Virus record (IMG/VR): IMGVR_UViG_3300021400_005610
Length of the DNA stretch: 64,000 bases
Source of the DNA: a virus
Lineage: Duplodnaviria > Heunggongvirae > Uroviricota > Caudoviricetes
Reading direction: 5' to 3' (one strand)
In this document: positions 63,235 to 64,000 of the stretch, piece after piece
Numbering within the stretch: the first letter of the stretch is position 1
Layout: each line of letters opens with the position of its first letter
The notes under the pieces: model-generated
Database searches by the model: none
The model's input: the letters and a program-made list of their open reading frames with translations, nothing else
Told to the model about the DNA's origin: nothing
Program-made: the position numbers and the translations under genes

Positions 63235-64000
63235 ATGAAGAGGATGAGAACAAAATGGATGGCTATGTCATCCGTCTTTTTGGTGTTGTCGTTGTTGTTA
63301 GTAACTGTTCTCCCCGCATCAATAGCTGGTGCCGAAGAATCGGCGTCTGGAAATATTGCGGAGGCTATTGCGGATCCAGATACATCCGACATGTATGTGG
63401 ATTATTTTGATGATATTGATGTCTCTCCAAGGTTTTGGAGTGACAAGAGTGTTACGGCTAATGAAGATGGCAGTATGTCGGTTGTCTATTCATTAATGGT
63501 CCGTAACAGCGTAACTGAAGACGAGACAATGTTGTCTGTCTTAAACCAAGAATCTGATGTTGAAATCAAGGATGTTATTGGGAAAGGTTTTGAACTTGGT
63601 TCCGATATTGTGATTCGCAATGAGGACGGTGTATTTACTGCACAGAAAGACGAGTTCAATGTGACGTCGGAGATGAGCGGCGACAGCGAGGCGGTGCCTT
63701 CTGTATCGTATGATTATGATACGAAAGAAATAGTCGTAAATATGCGTGCTGCATCAATAGGAAATATTGATAATGGTTCATGTACGACGATTGCATTTTC
63801 ACTTGTTCCGAATCCTGAGGAGTTTGAGAGTGGTACACTTGAGTATTATGCTGATGGTAATTCTGTTGTAACTGGACTGTTGTCAGACGGTGTTGTGTTA
63901 GAACCTGAGACTCTTGAGAAATCGGAAGATGTGACTGGTCTTACATCTTTGTATAAGACGAGAGAAGTCTTTGATGGTTATGTTGTAGATACAATCTACA
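63235..64000 (+). CDS. secreted protein with N-terminal signal peptide (3' partial, runs off window)
   Basis: GGAAGGAG RBS. Signal peptide MKRMRTKWMAMSSVFLVLSLLLVTVLPASIAGA. The frame is open to the window end. Confidence 0.65.
   Translation, partial: MKRMRTKWMAMSSVFLVLSLLLVTVLPASIAGAEESASGNIAEAIADPDTSDMYVDYFDDIDVSPRFWSDKSVTANEDGSMSVVYSLMVRNSVTEDETMLSVLNQESDVEIKDVIGKGFELGSDIVIRNEDGVFTAQKDEFNVTSEMSGDSEAVPSVSYDYDTKEIVVNMRAASIGNIDNGSCTTIAFSLVPNPEEFESGTLEYYADGNSVVTGLLSDGVVLEPETLEKSEDVTGLTSLYKTREVFDGYVVDTIY

Noticed and set aside
1-64000. CRISPR arrays, rRNA genes, IS elements/transposases, integrase
   Set aside because: No regularly spaced direct repeats with spacers, no rRNA-like sequence and no DDE-transposase or tyrosine/serine recombinase motifs were seen. 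The element boundaries and integration machinery, if any, must lie outside the window.

Overview
This 64 kb window looks like a segment of a conjugative plasmid or integrative element from a low-GC Gram-positive host. GC is about 43% by eye, and Arg/Gly codon usage is CGT/GGT-rich. The host cannot be named from sequence alone. Nearly all genes are on the + strand.

Gene content in order:
- 1-3.1 kb: a maintenance block with a 5'-truncated ParM/actin-like ATPase, an MscS channel, ParA and a small RHH partner. It is followed by an AT-rich region (3.1-3.4 kb) full of direct and inverted repeats.
- 3.4-6.6 kb: an HTH excisionase-family protein, a P4-type primase C-terminal NTPase, an RHH protein and a hypothetical protein.
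- 6.7-27 kb: a Gram-positive type IV secretion (conjugation) module.
  - Topoisomerase III with C-terminal repeat domains, plus a standalone repeat-only ORF.
  - A membrane protein and a 681-aa protein in the VirB4 position with no obvious Walker A.
  - A VirB6-like polytopic protein.
  - A 1515-aa Gly/Ala/Ser-rich repeat protein.
  - Two tandem paralogous VirB2/TcpE-like two-TM genes.
  - A bifunctional lysozyme-like + NlpC/P60/CHAP peptidoglycan hydrolase.
  - A run of bitopic membrane proteins.
- 27-41 kb: an acidic repeat protein, a relaxase, an SPFH/band-7 protein, a lipoprotein, a truncated ClpB-like two-NBD AAA+ ATPase, an acidic coiled-coil protein and a TraG/VirD4 coupling protein.
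- 43.0-51.2 kb: an ~8.2 kb tRNA array. I parse 35 canonical tRNA genes plus two aberrant tRNA-like elements, together covering all 20 amino acids. Many anticodons carry C34 (CTT, CTC, CTG, CCT, CGG, CGA, CAG, CAA) and one is an odd Leu-AAG.
  - Small ORFs sit between the tRNAs: a Zn-ribbon protein, a DUF458-like RNase-H-fold protein, an Mrr-cat nuclease-like protein and an HPr/Crh-like protein lacking His15.
  - A ~295-nt structured ncRNA candidate lies between two tRNAs.
- 51.2-64 kb: a vWA protein, a RecD2-like helicase, and a membrane-anchored tandem AAA+ (SpoVK/CbbX-like x2) ATPase translationally coupled to an HD hydrolase. These are followed by a short SecA2-like ATPase and a signal-peptide protein running off the window.

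I saw no rRNA, CRISPR array or transposase.
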